The notes beneath the pieces are model-generated. The model made no database searches, was not told the DNA's origin, and saw only the letters and a program-made list of their open reading frames with translations. DNA of 62,754 bases, counting the filler, from Chrysochromulina tobinii (taxonomy: Eukaryota): assembly GCA_001275005.1 (NCBI GenBank). It is 8 parts of 8 records of this genome, joined end to end, with 100 filler letters (N's around TTAATTAATTAA, not from the genome) between each part and the next. Parts side by side here need not be neighbours in the genome. Positions count along the whole stretch, not along the records: positions 13,667 to 23,295 come from JWZX01001234.1; positions 23,396 to 34,973 come from JWZX01001235.1; 6 more parts are not named here. The stretch is one strand, 5' to 3'. Every line of letters begins with the position of its first letter. The first letter of the stretch is position 1. Below are positions 20,556-31,899 of this stretch, one piece after another. The position numbers and the translations under genes are program-made.

Positions 20556-23295
20556 TCAAGAAATGGCAGCTCTCTCTCGAGGTAGGAAGTACTCAGCCAC
20601 TATTATGGCACGTCTCGCCCGGAGAGCTTTCTCCTGGTGAGCTCTCGCAACCTCTTTCTTTCTTCTGGCAAGTGCCTCTTGGCGAGCTCTCGCTTGGGTG
20701 GCATATAGCACCTCGTCCTTGGGCTTGTATCGCGAGTACGGCCGAGCGGATAGCGTGTGCCAGTTCCTCGTCGGTGGGGAAGGGAAGACGAACCCCCCTG
20801 GGCGTGCAGTGACGGGGCGCTCTCGAGGCGACGCGCTCATCGAGCTCACCACCGGCGCGGAACTAGCAGCTGCCTGCGGCGGCGCCTTTGTTGTTGTTGA
20901 CCCATGAATCTTGTCACCTCGATCGATGCCCAATTGGACGTGTCGCTCATAGTCGGTGTAGAGCGAGGGCGGCCCGATCGCAATTGCGAGCGAGGGCGGT
21001 GAGGGGCAGTGCAAGCGCGGTGCGATTCGGTGACGCATGATCGGCTGAACCCGACCAAGGTGATCAAGGTGCACCCAATCGCGGTGGTCAAGGTCAGCTG
21101 ACACCCAGTCAGGCGTCTGACGCCTCGGCAGCAACGACGCCCCTACTCCAGCGTGTGCCACGGCCAGCTTGGCCTCAAGGTGGGCCACGAGCCTCGCAGT
21201 CCGTGCAGCATTCGGCCCGGCTGCCGGGAACTGTGAGGGCGTGTGCATGCGGTAGAGCCCCATGAGCACCTGTCGCCTCTGTCGCTCTGTCGCTTTCGCA
21301 ACCGCCTGCTTGGCCGCTGCCCTCTCGGCCATCGCCTTATCTTCAGCTGCTTCGGCCGCCACCCGTTCCGCTCTGATTCGTTGGAGCCAATCACTCCGCC
21401 AGTGCGCAAAGCATGCAATGAGTGTCGTGCACGTGAAATGCGAGCCCACGAGCTTAAAGAGCCGCTGGTGGTGGCACTGGTTCATGTACACTGCGTGCCA
21501 GAGTTCCCATCTGTGGGCCAGCTGGTGACGGGAGGCGAAAGCAGCCGCTCGCTGCACGACCTCATGGCGTCGGGCCTCGTCGACTACCGCATCGGCCGCG
21601 TTCTTGGCCTCCGCCTGGGTTGACGCCTCGAGATCGGCCGCTGCCGATCGCTTGGCGCACTCCTCTGCCTCATGTTGCACCATCTTCATGTCGAATGACG
21701 GGCTGTTCGGTCTGACCGCGGCCGGGCGCCTTGCGAGCTCTGCCCCCCATCGTGCGTCGGCGGTCTCCAGCATGGCCTTCTCGGCCGCCGCCGATTCGGC
21801 CTTGATTTGTGCCTCCTGCTTGGCCATCGCCTTAAACGCGTCGGACCTCATCAGATCTTCAAGTGCACGGCGGGAGGCGGCTCCCGAGAGCTGACCAGGA
21901 AGGTGCACGCGCACGGACATATATGCTCTGGTCCACACCCGGCGCATCTTGCGACGCTTGAAGGCCGCGGATGCGGCGTTGGCGATGAACGTGCCCGCCC
22001 GAAGCTGCAAGACAGAGAGGGGCTTTTGCACGCTCACGAGCATCATCATGAGATCTGTCGAGAGACGCCACAGGACATTGCAGATGCGCAGCGCGAGCTC
22101 CTCCTGGAGAGTGCACTTGAGTGACTTTGAATAGTCCTTGAGTGTCAGGTGCCTTGCAAGCACATGCCCCTCCTGGCATTGGCGCATCATCTCGCCGATC
22201 TCCAAGAAGGATTGCACTATCGTGATAAGGTGCTGCTCGCAGGCGTAGTAGCGCTTCTGATGTGCAGCAATCTGCGCGATGATGCCACAAAGCTTTTCGT
22301 CGACAACGCGCCACTCATCCTTGAGCACCACTACCAAATCCAGCATGGGTCGGAGGATATCCTGGTAAAAGACCTCACATAGAGCCATCATGGGTTGGCG
22401 AAGGGTGGCGACCGTGCGGCTGGGTGAGGCCTTGCCGTTAGAGGTGGGGGTGCCGACGACGGCATGCAGGATGCTGTCGATTCGCAGGCCACACAGCAGC
22501 CCGCCGCCCCCGCCCACCAAGCCCAATGCTCTATAGAGCCGAGCAAGCGTGGCACCCGCCTCCTGTAAGCCAGGCGTTCGCGGCGGCAAGCGCGGCACGT
22601 CAAACGGGATGGCCGGGCGCAGCACTCCAGCAGCCTTCTCCTTGGCTGTGAGTGGCGGCGGGGACGGAGGCGCGTCGCCCCCCCAAACGCACAAGCTCGG
22701 TCCGTTTCCGATACGGTCCAATGCTGGCCTGCCGCCATCTGTCACGTGCTGTAACAGCGCTTCAAAGTGCTTGCGCCGTTCGAGCCGGACCATCTTCTTT
22801 TCGGCCGCGCCGGCTCCACCACCCTTGCCCATAAAGCGCGGCAGCAGTATCTCTTTCGAGTAGGGTGAGGGCCGCATGTCCTTCTGCGCCCACGAGCGGA
22901 TCCGTAGCTTGCCCGAGAGGTTCGGGTCCACCTCGAGAACGTATGTGAAAGTATCTGACTTGGCCACGTCCAGGCCCTTTGAGTTCTGCTCCTTGTCATT
23001 ACCCAATCGCTTCGCAACTCGCGCCGCAAAGTCGGGTGACGCGTGGCCTGCCCCAATCCACAGCACATCCCATTGCATATACGTGCCGTCGGGCTTGGAT
23101 GGCGCAAGCTCCAGAGCGTAGTGCGTGACCTCGCAACTCCCTAAGCCGGCGCCGGTGCCAGCCCCGCTTCCGCCGCCACCCATCCACTGCACCGAGGACG
23201 TGTTGCTCGCCGGTGTGAAACGAGATCCGACAAAATTTTCGAACTCCCGCAATGCGGGACCCCACTCGACTTTTCTCGCGGCCGCGCCGCGTTCA
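20556..23295 (-). CDS. Large hypothetical protein, 5'-partial (FN3-like N-terminal region, helical/Sfi1-like W repeats)
   Basis: The frame stays open up to the contig end (more than 900 aa). It contains VTHYALE...LRIRSWAQKDMRPSPYS (FN3-like) and HRWELWH / ACFAHWRSDW. Confidence 0.65.
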
Positions 23296-23395
23296 NNNNN
23301 NNNNNNNNNNNNNNNNNNNNNNNNNNNNNNNNNNNNNNNTTAATTAATTAANNNNNNNNNNNNNNNNNNNNNNNNNNNNNNNNNNNNNNNNNNNN

Positions 23396-23603
23396 CCGCG
23401 GCGTGGCGCCGGCGGCCGATGGCGGCGGCGAGAGCGGCGGCGTCGAGGGTGCCAGGAGGCAGGCGTGCGGCGGCGTCCACGGCGGCGGAGGAGCCATCGT
23501 CTGGCGAGGCGGCGAGCGAGGCGGCGAGCGCGCGCGCCGCGGCAGTTGCGACCGCGTGCGCGTCCTGCCAGCGTCGTTCCAAGGGGCTGAGGGGCGGCGG
23601 CAT
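23396..23603 (-). CDS. N-terminal fragment of a hypothetical protein running into the gap
   Basis: MPPPLSPLERRWQDAHAVATAAARALAASL... is open to the contig edge with a coding-like GC pattern. Confidence 0.3.
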
Positions 23604-24009
23604 CGGGCGAGGGAGAGTAGGGCAGCGCGGGCAGCGAGTCCGAGAGCGGGCAGCTGATGCTGGTGAGCGTGAGAACGATGGTGGACGGGAGCGCGAGCCG
23701 ATTGCCAAAGTTCAACCGGCGGGATGAACGCGAGCGAGCGAGCGCGCACGGCGCTCCTGAATCGCACGGCGCAAAAGGGTTCGTTGTGCTCAATGCGTTG
23801 CAGTCCGTGAGTTTGGGGGGGGCGGACTGATGGAGAGTGCCCAATGCCTTTACTGATTTTTCATACGGGGGGCGATTCTCGAGGATGGGGGCGTCCCTTC
23901 GGAGGGGGAATGAGTGGGCGCTCGAAGCCCGAACAGGGGAGTGGAGAATGTGAGCTTTTACTCATCAGAATAATATCAGGCAATGTTGCCGAGATGTTAT
24001 TCATGCGAT

Positions 24010-24092
24010 GGTCCGGTGGCCGAGTTGGTCTAAGGCGACGGATTAAGGCTCCGTTCTCGCAAGGGGCGCGGGTTCAAATCCCGTCCGGGCTA
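24010..24092 (+). tRNA. tRNA-Leu (anticodon AAG)
   Basis: Cloverleaf: acceptor GGTCCGG/CCGGGCT, D arm GCCGAGTTGGTCTAAGGC, anticodon arm ACGGA-TTAAGGC-TCCGT, long variable arm, T arm GCGGG-TTCAAAT-CCCGT, discriminator A. Followed by a TTTT Pol III terminator. Confidence 0.95.
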
Positions 24093-24174
24093 TTTTGGAA
24101 AAATAATTTGCTGTTTAAACGCATCCTCCTTGTTCCTCCCTCACTGCCACCTAATTCACTCTCTCTCGCCACAG

Positions 24175-27100
24175 CCATCGCCTCCACCGCCATCATCGCC
24201 GTCACCGCCATCGCCTCCGCCGCCATCGCCGTCGCCGCCTCCGCCACTGCCACCACCGCCATCGCCACCGCCACCGTCGCCACCACCACCGTCGCCACCG
24301 CCGTCGCCACCGCCGCCTTCTCCCCCGCCACCCTCGCCACCGCCATCGCCGCCTCCGCCTTCTCCTCCACCGCCGTCGCCGCCTCCATCGCCACCACCAT
24401 CACCACCACCCTCGCCACCTCCCATTCCTTTCTTCCGTCGCTCTTCATTGCGTTGCGAAGATCTTGGCTGGACGTTTGTCCCAAATCTTGGGCCAAGCGG
24501 GGTATGTGGCTCCTCTAGCATGCCGAGGCTCATGGGCGTACCTGAATGTCTGCAACGACCTCCGGGAGGGCCCCAGCCAACAGCTAATGGGCCGGTCGAG
24601 CGTACCTGCCTTCAGTATGCCCCTCGCACGGGTTGCCTGCCACCCATGAGATGGCGCGAGGCTGAGCAGGCATGTCGCAATCATGGGGCTCGGCTCTGCC
24701 TGCGGGAGGAGCTGCCCGCAGCCAAAGGGACAGGCTGCGGCCATGATGCACAGTACGTTTGGGTGTGGGAGGCGTGCCGCCACGCGCCCGCGGGACTGCC
24801 CATCGGACTGCACAATAATTCGGACACGTTTGTGGTGGCGCAGGGCGGAAATCATCGCAATTACTACTGCGCTGAGGATTGGCCGTTACCCGCTCGCCAT
24901 TCTGTGCGATGCTGTGCAGATGCTGTTGCAGGCGACCCCCCTTCGCCACCGCCCGTGCCGCCACCACCACGGCCTCCACCAGAGCCGCCACCTCCATCAC
25001 CCCCTCCTTCCCCTCCACCCTATCCACCCACTCCATCCCCACCTCCACCTAGCCCTCCACCATCACCACCACCTTCGCCGCCGCCACCCTCGCCGCCACC
25101 GCCCTCCCCTCCCCCACCGTCACCTCCGCCCCCATCTCCTCCGCCTAGCCCGCCGCCACCATCTCCACCCCCCAGCGAGCCGCCACAGTATTGCTCTAAC
25201 GACTGCGTCACGCCCATGGGAACAAACGATCTATCGGTTGTCCTCGATGGAGTCTGCGACGATGGCGGACCGGGGTCGTTTTTTCGATTTATGCAAGATC
25301 GGATCCGATTGTGCCGACTGTGGCACCCGAGACTACTTCCCACCCTCTTCGCCACCCCAGCCTCCCCAGCGCCCCCCCCCACCGCCACCAGCTTCACCAT
25401 CGCCAAATCAGCTCGTTGGCACCGGAGACCAGCCTGACATCGCTGGCGACGGATTCAGTGAGGACCCAATTGATATTGCTGACCCCATCACCGACGGCAA
25501 TACTAAAACTCCTCACCGGTTACTCACGGAGCCTCCCCCGCTGCCCGATCTAAATCTCGGTCAATATTTTGCAGGCGCGTTGGATGCGATCCAGGAAGCG
25601 TCAGGCGACCGTCCGCCGTTCCGCTATCTCGACTGGGAGCTCGTGCCCGTGAGCTTCCTGGGTAAGGGAGTCTCATACACGTCCGACTACATGGCCAGCA
25701 AGCCCGCTGAGATCCCGTCGCTTCCGTGGTACGGCTATTCCTTCGACGGCGAGACGTACGGCGTGTGGATGCGAGGGCCGAGCGCACTGCTGAGCCACGC
25801 CGGCTTCATGCTTGTCTTTCATGAAGGGACTCAAGTTGGTTGTCCGCTTCTCATGTCGTATCTTCAGCCCAAGTCAAAGCTCTGGCGATTGGGCTCACCG
25901 CCGTTTAAAGAATGCTGCGCTGACGGGGAGCTGAACCGCACGTGTCTGCCAGCATGGCTTCAGGTTGCGCTTGCGCCGAATCAAACATCGCTCCATGCGC
26001 CCGGTGTCTTGCACGACCCCGAGGGACATTTACCATCACGAGACGGCAATCTCTCTCAGCATTTTGCAATCTACTATTCCACCGCGCCGAGCACTGCTGA
26101 AGCGGGCCTCGCGTGCATTGGCCGCATCTCCGGAAGGTGGGTTGCTGCAGACGGCCTTTGCGCGCCTACCATTGAGTGGGAAGAGGATGGAGAACCCGTC
26201 TTGTGCTCGAACAGCGCCTCGAGCATGTCAGTCGGACACGAGGAGATCGCCGACGTGGCAGCGGGGACGAAGTACAATTCGACCAATTTGTGGAGGATCT
26301 CTTCGAATGGCGAGGCGCTCGCGCATGCCGCCGAGCCATTCTTTGGTCTCGATGGGTCGTTATACATGGTCTATGGAGCGCGAGCGCCGGGCGACATTCG
26401 TATTGTGCAGCTCAACGAGAGCAGTGGTAGGCTGCCTACAGTTGCACAGCCAGGCTTTTTCTCGGCGGGCTCGGATCGGGGTAGACCGTCGATCTACCAC
26501 CACGTTGCCACAGGGCCCAACTTTCAGCTCGGCCCAGATCGTCCAGCTCCCTTCACCGAACGTGACGCGTACATCAGCGGCTCCATCCGCCTGCACGGAC
26601 CCTCATACGTGGACGCCTCGGGCAACACAAGTGCTGACGACCTTAACAGCAGCGTGCTTTCTTCGCTGATCCAAAATGCGTACGTGCTGCCCAGGCTCAA
26701 GAATGGCACCGCCGAGTACTATCTGTTCGTGGAGTGGTTTGACGACGGCACGCTCGACAATCACACGAACACATCCCTCGCCCGAGTTTACGTTGGGCGG
26801 TCTACGTCCCCCATCGGCCCTTTTTATGATCGTCTGGGATACGACATGAGCCAGAGAAGCCGCGTGGTCATTGGCGCGCATAGACGTATCAGCATTGTGT
26901 CTGCACGCTGGGGCGCCAATTGCGATGGCGCGGGCTATGATGTGAGAGCAGTTGCGAAGCAGCGTTGTGAAAACAAGGAAACGTGCGACTGGGCGGTCAG
27001 CTACAGAGACCTGGTGCCTTTGGACCCTTTGTCGTATTCCGACTATGACAACCCACCAAGTTCAGCGTCCTCTGAAGACCAATACACCGATGCGCCCATC

Positions 27101-30100
27101 AACGTCCCTGACCACCCTGGCTGCCGACGCGCTCTCAACGTCACCTATCGCTGCCACAAGGGTTCTACAGTGCTCTACGAATCCGAGTTGAGAGGAGAAG
27201 AGAAGACTGCATTTTTGCCGGCCAACGCTTCCGATGGAGACGTTGTTCAACTGCGATGCGTGACGCCCGAAGCCGTGCTGTTGCCAGGTGGATCTCTCTT
27301 TGCCGACTCGCAACGCTTGGGGGGCAATTTGCACTTCCTCAGCCTGTCGCACACCGGAGTCTTTGCCTACGCTCGCGACGGATCCGTGCGTTTTGCGTTC
27401 ACATTTCAGTACCAGACGAGTCGAAGCTCCATGCCCGAGTTCGGTGCGCGGCTCATCCGGTTCACCAAAGACGGTTGGCCGGTTCTCGACGAGGACACGA
27501 CGAACGACTGGGCAAAATGTGGCGTGCCTGAGGCGACGTATTCGCGCATTGCGCCAGCCAGCTACTTTGAGCGAGAGGCCCACTACGACCCTGCTCACCG
27601 CGACCAGGCTTACTATGGCAGTGTCAGCAGCACCGGAACGCATTGCACATATCATTCGCAGCGCGGCTCGCACTGCGTCGGCAACGCGCTCCGAGCCACA
27701 CATCCGCAAATCGGCTCGCCCGGTCCCGTGGGCGACCTGCTTCACGGCAGGATCAACGAGCAGGGCAGCCCTGGATGGTGGCGTGAGCAGGAGGATCACT
27801 GCAACCCAATGGTCGAGACGTATCTGGGCAGGACGCTGCAATGCACTCGATTTGCGGGCATCGGCGATCTGGACCCGACGGGGCACATCACGACGATGGA
27901 GCGCATCCGAGGCTGCCCAGAGCTCGCCTGCCAAAAGCACGAGGGCGAGTGCAAGAGGCTGGCGCAGCTCCGCGTGGCTGCTTGGGACACGCTCGACTTT
28001 TATGACGGTGGCGTACCAGTGGAGATCACTCGTCGGGGACGCGAGCCGGCAAGGATCCAAGTGGTTGCAAACTGCCATGCCGCTCCAAACATTTCTCGCA
28101 TCAATCCTTCCTTAGCGAATGTGGAGGGCGGCACTGCAATCACCGTCTTCGGCACGGGGTTTGGTCAGCCTGCTCGCTGTAGATTTGGTTGGCGAGAGAC
28201 GCCGGCGATCAACGTGACCTCGCATCAGATGGTTTGCGTCTCGCAACCGCTGAATTTGACGCACCCCGAGTCGGTCCCATGGACGCGCGCAAGGCTTCTA
28301 CGCTACCCATTCCCACTGGAGGTCTCGATGATGTCGACCCAAGTGCTCGAGCGCACGCCCATGAGCGAGGCCGTCCGCGAGGCGCGAGGCGAGAATTTCA
28401 CAAGCGCGGGTCGCTTCTTCGAGTTCTACAATCCTGGCAGCATCGTTATCTCCTTTGTGCAGCCCATGGGCGGGCCCTCGGCTGGATCGACGCACATCGA
28501 CCTCCACGGTGCCGGATTCCCTAAATTGCCAGACGACCCGAATGCCGTGAGCAACGCACAATGCCGATTTGAGCTTGATGGTCGCCAGGTGCTGATGCCA
28601 GCGACGCACCACAACACGGAGCGGATGAGTTGCTTCACCCCCGCGTTTGCGCTGCCGCTCTTGGCATCCGAAGTGGCCACGGTGCAACTCACCTTCGACG
28701 GCCAGCGCTTCGTTGAAGGCGAGGGACGTGCCAATTATACGTTCTACTCGCTGCAGAACCGCAGTAACGAAAGCTCGACCGTCGCACAGTTTCCAAGCGT
28801 GGCCATCAGCGCAATCGACCCCCTCGGGGGCCCCTCGCGCGGAGGCACTAGGCTCACGCTCTTTGGGCGCGGCTTTGCCGCCCTAGACAATCCCAATCGA
28901 TTTGTCCAGTCCATTTTCAACCATCAAGACACGAGGCTCCGCCCTCAACCGACGAGGCGCACCGTAGCCACATCAACCGGCACCCTCACGTACACCGAGT
29001 GGGACGACCCCGTCACAGACCCGCTTCACGATCCGTATCGTCACATAATCAGCCCCTCGGGCCTCTTTTGCTTATTCGCGGGCGTTGAGCCGATCGTGCC
29101 AGGGGCATACACTCTGGACGATGACCCGGTGCGGCGTGAATACGTCCCGGGCACCGCGACGGCTTCCGAGATCATGCACTGCGTGACGCCTCCTCATCCC
29201 GACTGGGAGTCGAACCCATGGGTGAACACTTCCGTGCCTCTTGAGATCACGCTGAATGGCAACCGCCATGAAGTCACTGACTCCGGTCTGATGTTCACGT
29301 ATTATCGTGATGAGGGCTTCGGGCGGCCGAGGCTTTCGGCAGTCCAGCCGTTTGGCGGTCCCTTCGAAGGAGGCACTGCTGTCAATATCTCGGGCGCGTT
29401 CCTTAACAAGCTGACGCTCACAAGCACGCCTGTCTGCCGGTTTGGCAACGGAGTGGAGCAAGACACGGTGCCTGCGACGGTGATCGCTCACGGCGACGAT
29501 CGGAGACGCGCGACTGTGCGCTGCGTCTCGCCACCGCTCAGCGATCGCGACGACAGAGTGGAGTTGGGGCAAAGGGATGTGAGCCTCAACGTAGCGCAAA
29601 ACGGGCAGGACTTTCTTTGGCGACCGCTGCGCTTCAATTTCTATCGCCGCGATAAGCTTGTTATCAGCACATTGGAGCCATCGGGTGGACCTGTACTCGG
29701 AGGCACCACGGTTGCACTGCGCGGCCGTCACATCGGCTTGTCACGAGGCGGGGTGCGATGCCAATTTGGGCATTTTTGGGTTCCGGCCACCGTCATCAAC
29801 GAGGATGATGTGCGCTGTCGCTCCCCCGCTCAAGCGCCCGCATTGACGGCAAACGAAACGTACGCTCCCGTCGCTGTGCGGGTCACAGTAAATGGGGATC
29901 CCGTCGCTCACTCCTACAGTCTGCGGCCATTCACTTACTTTGTGATGCCCGACGCGCTCGTCGTGTCTTCTATCCTTCCCGTGGCGGGGTTGGCGATGGG
30001 AGGTTCGGCCGTGACTGTCAAGGGGCGAGGCTTTCGCGATCTCGGCGGCGTGTACTGCACCTTTGGAGCCTCAGCGCCGGTGATTGCGGAGAGAACCCCG

Positions 30101-30778
30101 CCACCACCACCGCCGAGGCCGCTGGGTGGTGTTGACGGCAGTGTGCGCCTCGTCAACGGCGGAGGCCTTCTCAACCAGGGTCGCGTCGAGATTTACCACG
30201 ATGGCCAGTGGGGCACCGTGTGCGACGACTTTTGGGACATGAATGACGCGCGAGTAGTCTGTCGGCAACTCGGCTTCCCTGGGGCGCTCAACTTCACGCT
30301 GCACGGTGCCTTCGGGCATGGCTCGGGGCCGATCTGGCTTGACAACGTGCGGTGCGAACCATTCGAAGAGCGGCTCGACCGCTGCTCGTCGCTCGGTTGG
30401 GGAGTGCACAACTGTGACCATCATGAAGACGCTGGCGTTATCTGCGCGCCGATGCCGACCACCTCGACGCCCAGCCCGCCACCGACTGACCCGCCCAGCA
30501 CAGAGCTACCGTGGAGCCGCCTGGACGATTTTCAGCTCACGCGCAGCCCGCACGGTGCCCACTTGGACGACCTCGCTGCTTCGCCTCTCGAGCTGCTGCG
30601 CGGCTTCAACGAGAGCGAAGTCTTCAGCGAATTCGTTTGTCTTACGCCCTCGCTCGAGGAGGCGCTTGGTCGTCACGACCCCCGCGTTATCATCCGCACT
30701 GTCGAGCTCGTCATCACGCTAAATGGTGGTGACGCGTACAGCGCCGTGGGGCGCAACTTCACGTACTACATTGATTGA
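24175..30778 (+). CDS. Large multidomain extracellular protein: Pro-rich linkers, Cys modules, GH43-like propeller with inserted Gal-lectin, six IPT/TIG domains, SRCR; frameshift at the T6 run 25279-25284
   Basis: ORFs 24130-25437 and 24683-30778 join as [26 protein letters not shown]. The SRCR is canonical ([38 protein letters not shown], about 30143-30445). IPT motifs PxGGPxxGGTxxxxxG recur. The true start was not identified; a splice-acceptor-like site ends at 24174. Confidence 0.85.
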
Positions 30779-30959
30779 GTGCCCAGCAAAGTGCGACGAA
30801 ATCGTTTTCGGTCTGTGGGCCATACTCTCAAAAGCATCTCTCAGACACTTTTCGTGAACCTTCAACACGCCAGTGCCGGGACCCCGCGACTTTTTGGGGG
30901 GCTTCACGACTTTCACGAAACATGTTGTGCGGATGTGCGACTCAGGCGTCGACCACGTC

Positions 30960-31694
30960 ATGGAGCGCGGAGCGAAGCGGCCACGGCGGGCGGGCGGCGC
31001 GCGCACCGCAGCGAGTGTCGCCGCTGCTTCTGCTGCTGCGGTAGCGGGTGCTGAAGGCTGGCGGCTCGATCACGTGGCGCTGCTGACACGATCAGTTGAG
31101 GGCACGGTCGCAAAGCTTACGGAGGAGGGCACCATCGATGGTCATGTGGTGGGCCCGATCGAGACTTTCCCAGCTGAGGGCACACGGGAGTGCTACATTG
31201 GTGCCGCCTCTGGAAAGCTACTGCTCATGGAAGCCGTTGGTACGCAGGGCCCATACGCGCGTGCCCTGGCAAAGCGTGGGCCTGGGCTGCACCATGTGGC
31301 GTTCGCAGTGCCTGATCTGCAGTCGGCGCTCGCCTTGGGTGGCTGGCAGCAGCATGCGATCTGCGCAAAATCCGTCCCACGAGGGACTGGCTGGCTCTTC
31401 TGTCGCGGGGTCCCCACATTGCTCGAGCTCACCAAAGATACTCGAGGGAGCGAATTGGGCGGAGCTTCCTCCTCGATCGTTGAGGGGCTCAGTCTACCTG
31501 TCCCCGCTGAGTTGGCGCCGACAGTCGATCAGCTTGCTGCGTGTGGCCTGCGTTCGGAAGCTGTCGGCGGTGCGGTGCACTTGAGCATTCGCGGCAGGCA
31601 GATGCGCGTTGAGGAGTTGTGCGACATTCATCCGACCTATAAGGGGCGAGAGAGAAGTGTCAAGAGAGATGGAGAGAGAGAGATTTGTAACTGA
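30960..31694 (+). CDS. VOC/glyoxalase-family protein (methylmalonyl-CoA epimerase-like fold)
   Basis: LDHVALLTRSVE...LLLMEA..GPYARALAKRGPGLHHVAFAVPDL. Confidence 0.8.
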   Translation: MERGAKRPRRAGGARTAASVAAASAAAVAGAEGWRLDHVALLTRSVEGTVAKLTEEGTIDGHVVGPIETFPAEGTRECYIGAASGKLLLMEAVGTQGPYARALAKRGPGLHHVAFAVPDLQSALALGGWQQHAICAKSVPRGTGWLFCRGVPTLLELTKDTRGSELGGASSSIVEGLSLPVPAELAPTVDQLAACGLRSEAVGGAVHLSIRGRQMRVEELCDIHPTYKGRERSVKRDGEREICN

Positions 31695-31899
31695 CCAGGC
31701 TACCTACCAATTGGCGAGAATGGTGTTGGGTTGGGCCCTTATAAACATGAAAAATAGTAGACCACTCCCCTTTGGGTCAAGGGGAGCTACTTTTTGTGTT
31801 ACACGCAAGGCGGTGAGCTGACAGCTGCGACCTGCGTACACGGCAGCCGGACTGTCCGATGGCAACAGTAACCGGGCTGTACCCGCCGTACGTGGGTGA

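Noticed and set aside
25279..25284. Programmed frameshifting at frame breaks (about 15311, 25279-25284, 51445, 53380-53400)
   Set aside because: All fall in homopolymer or extreme-GC runs in otherwise intact genes. Sequencing indels are the simpler explanation, although reads are needed to confirm this.
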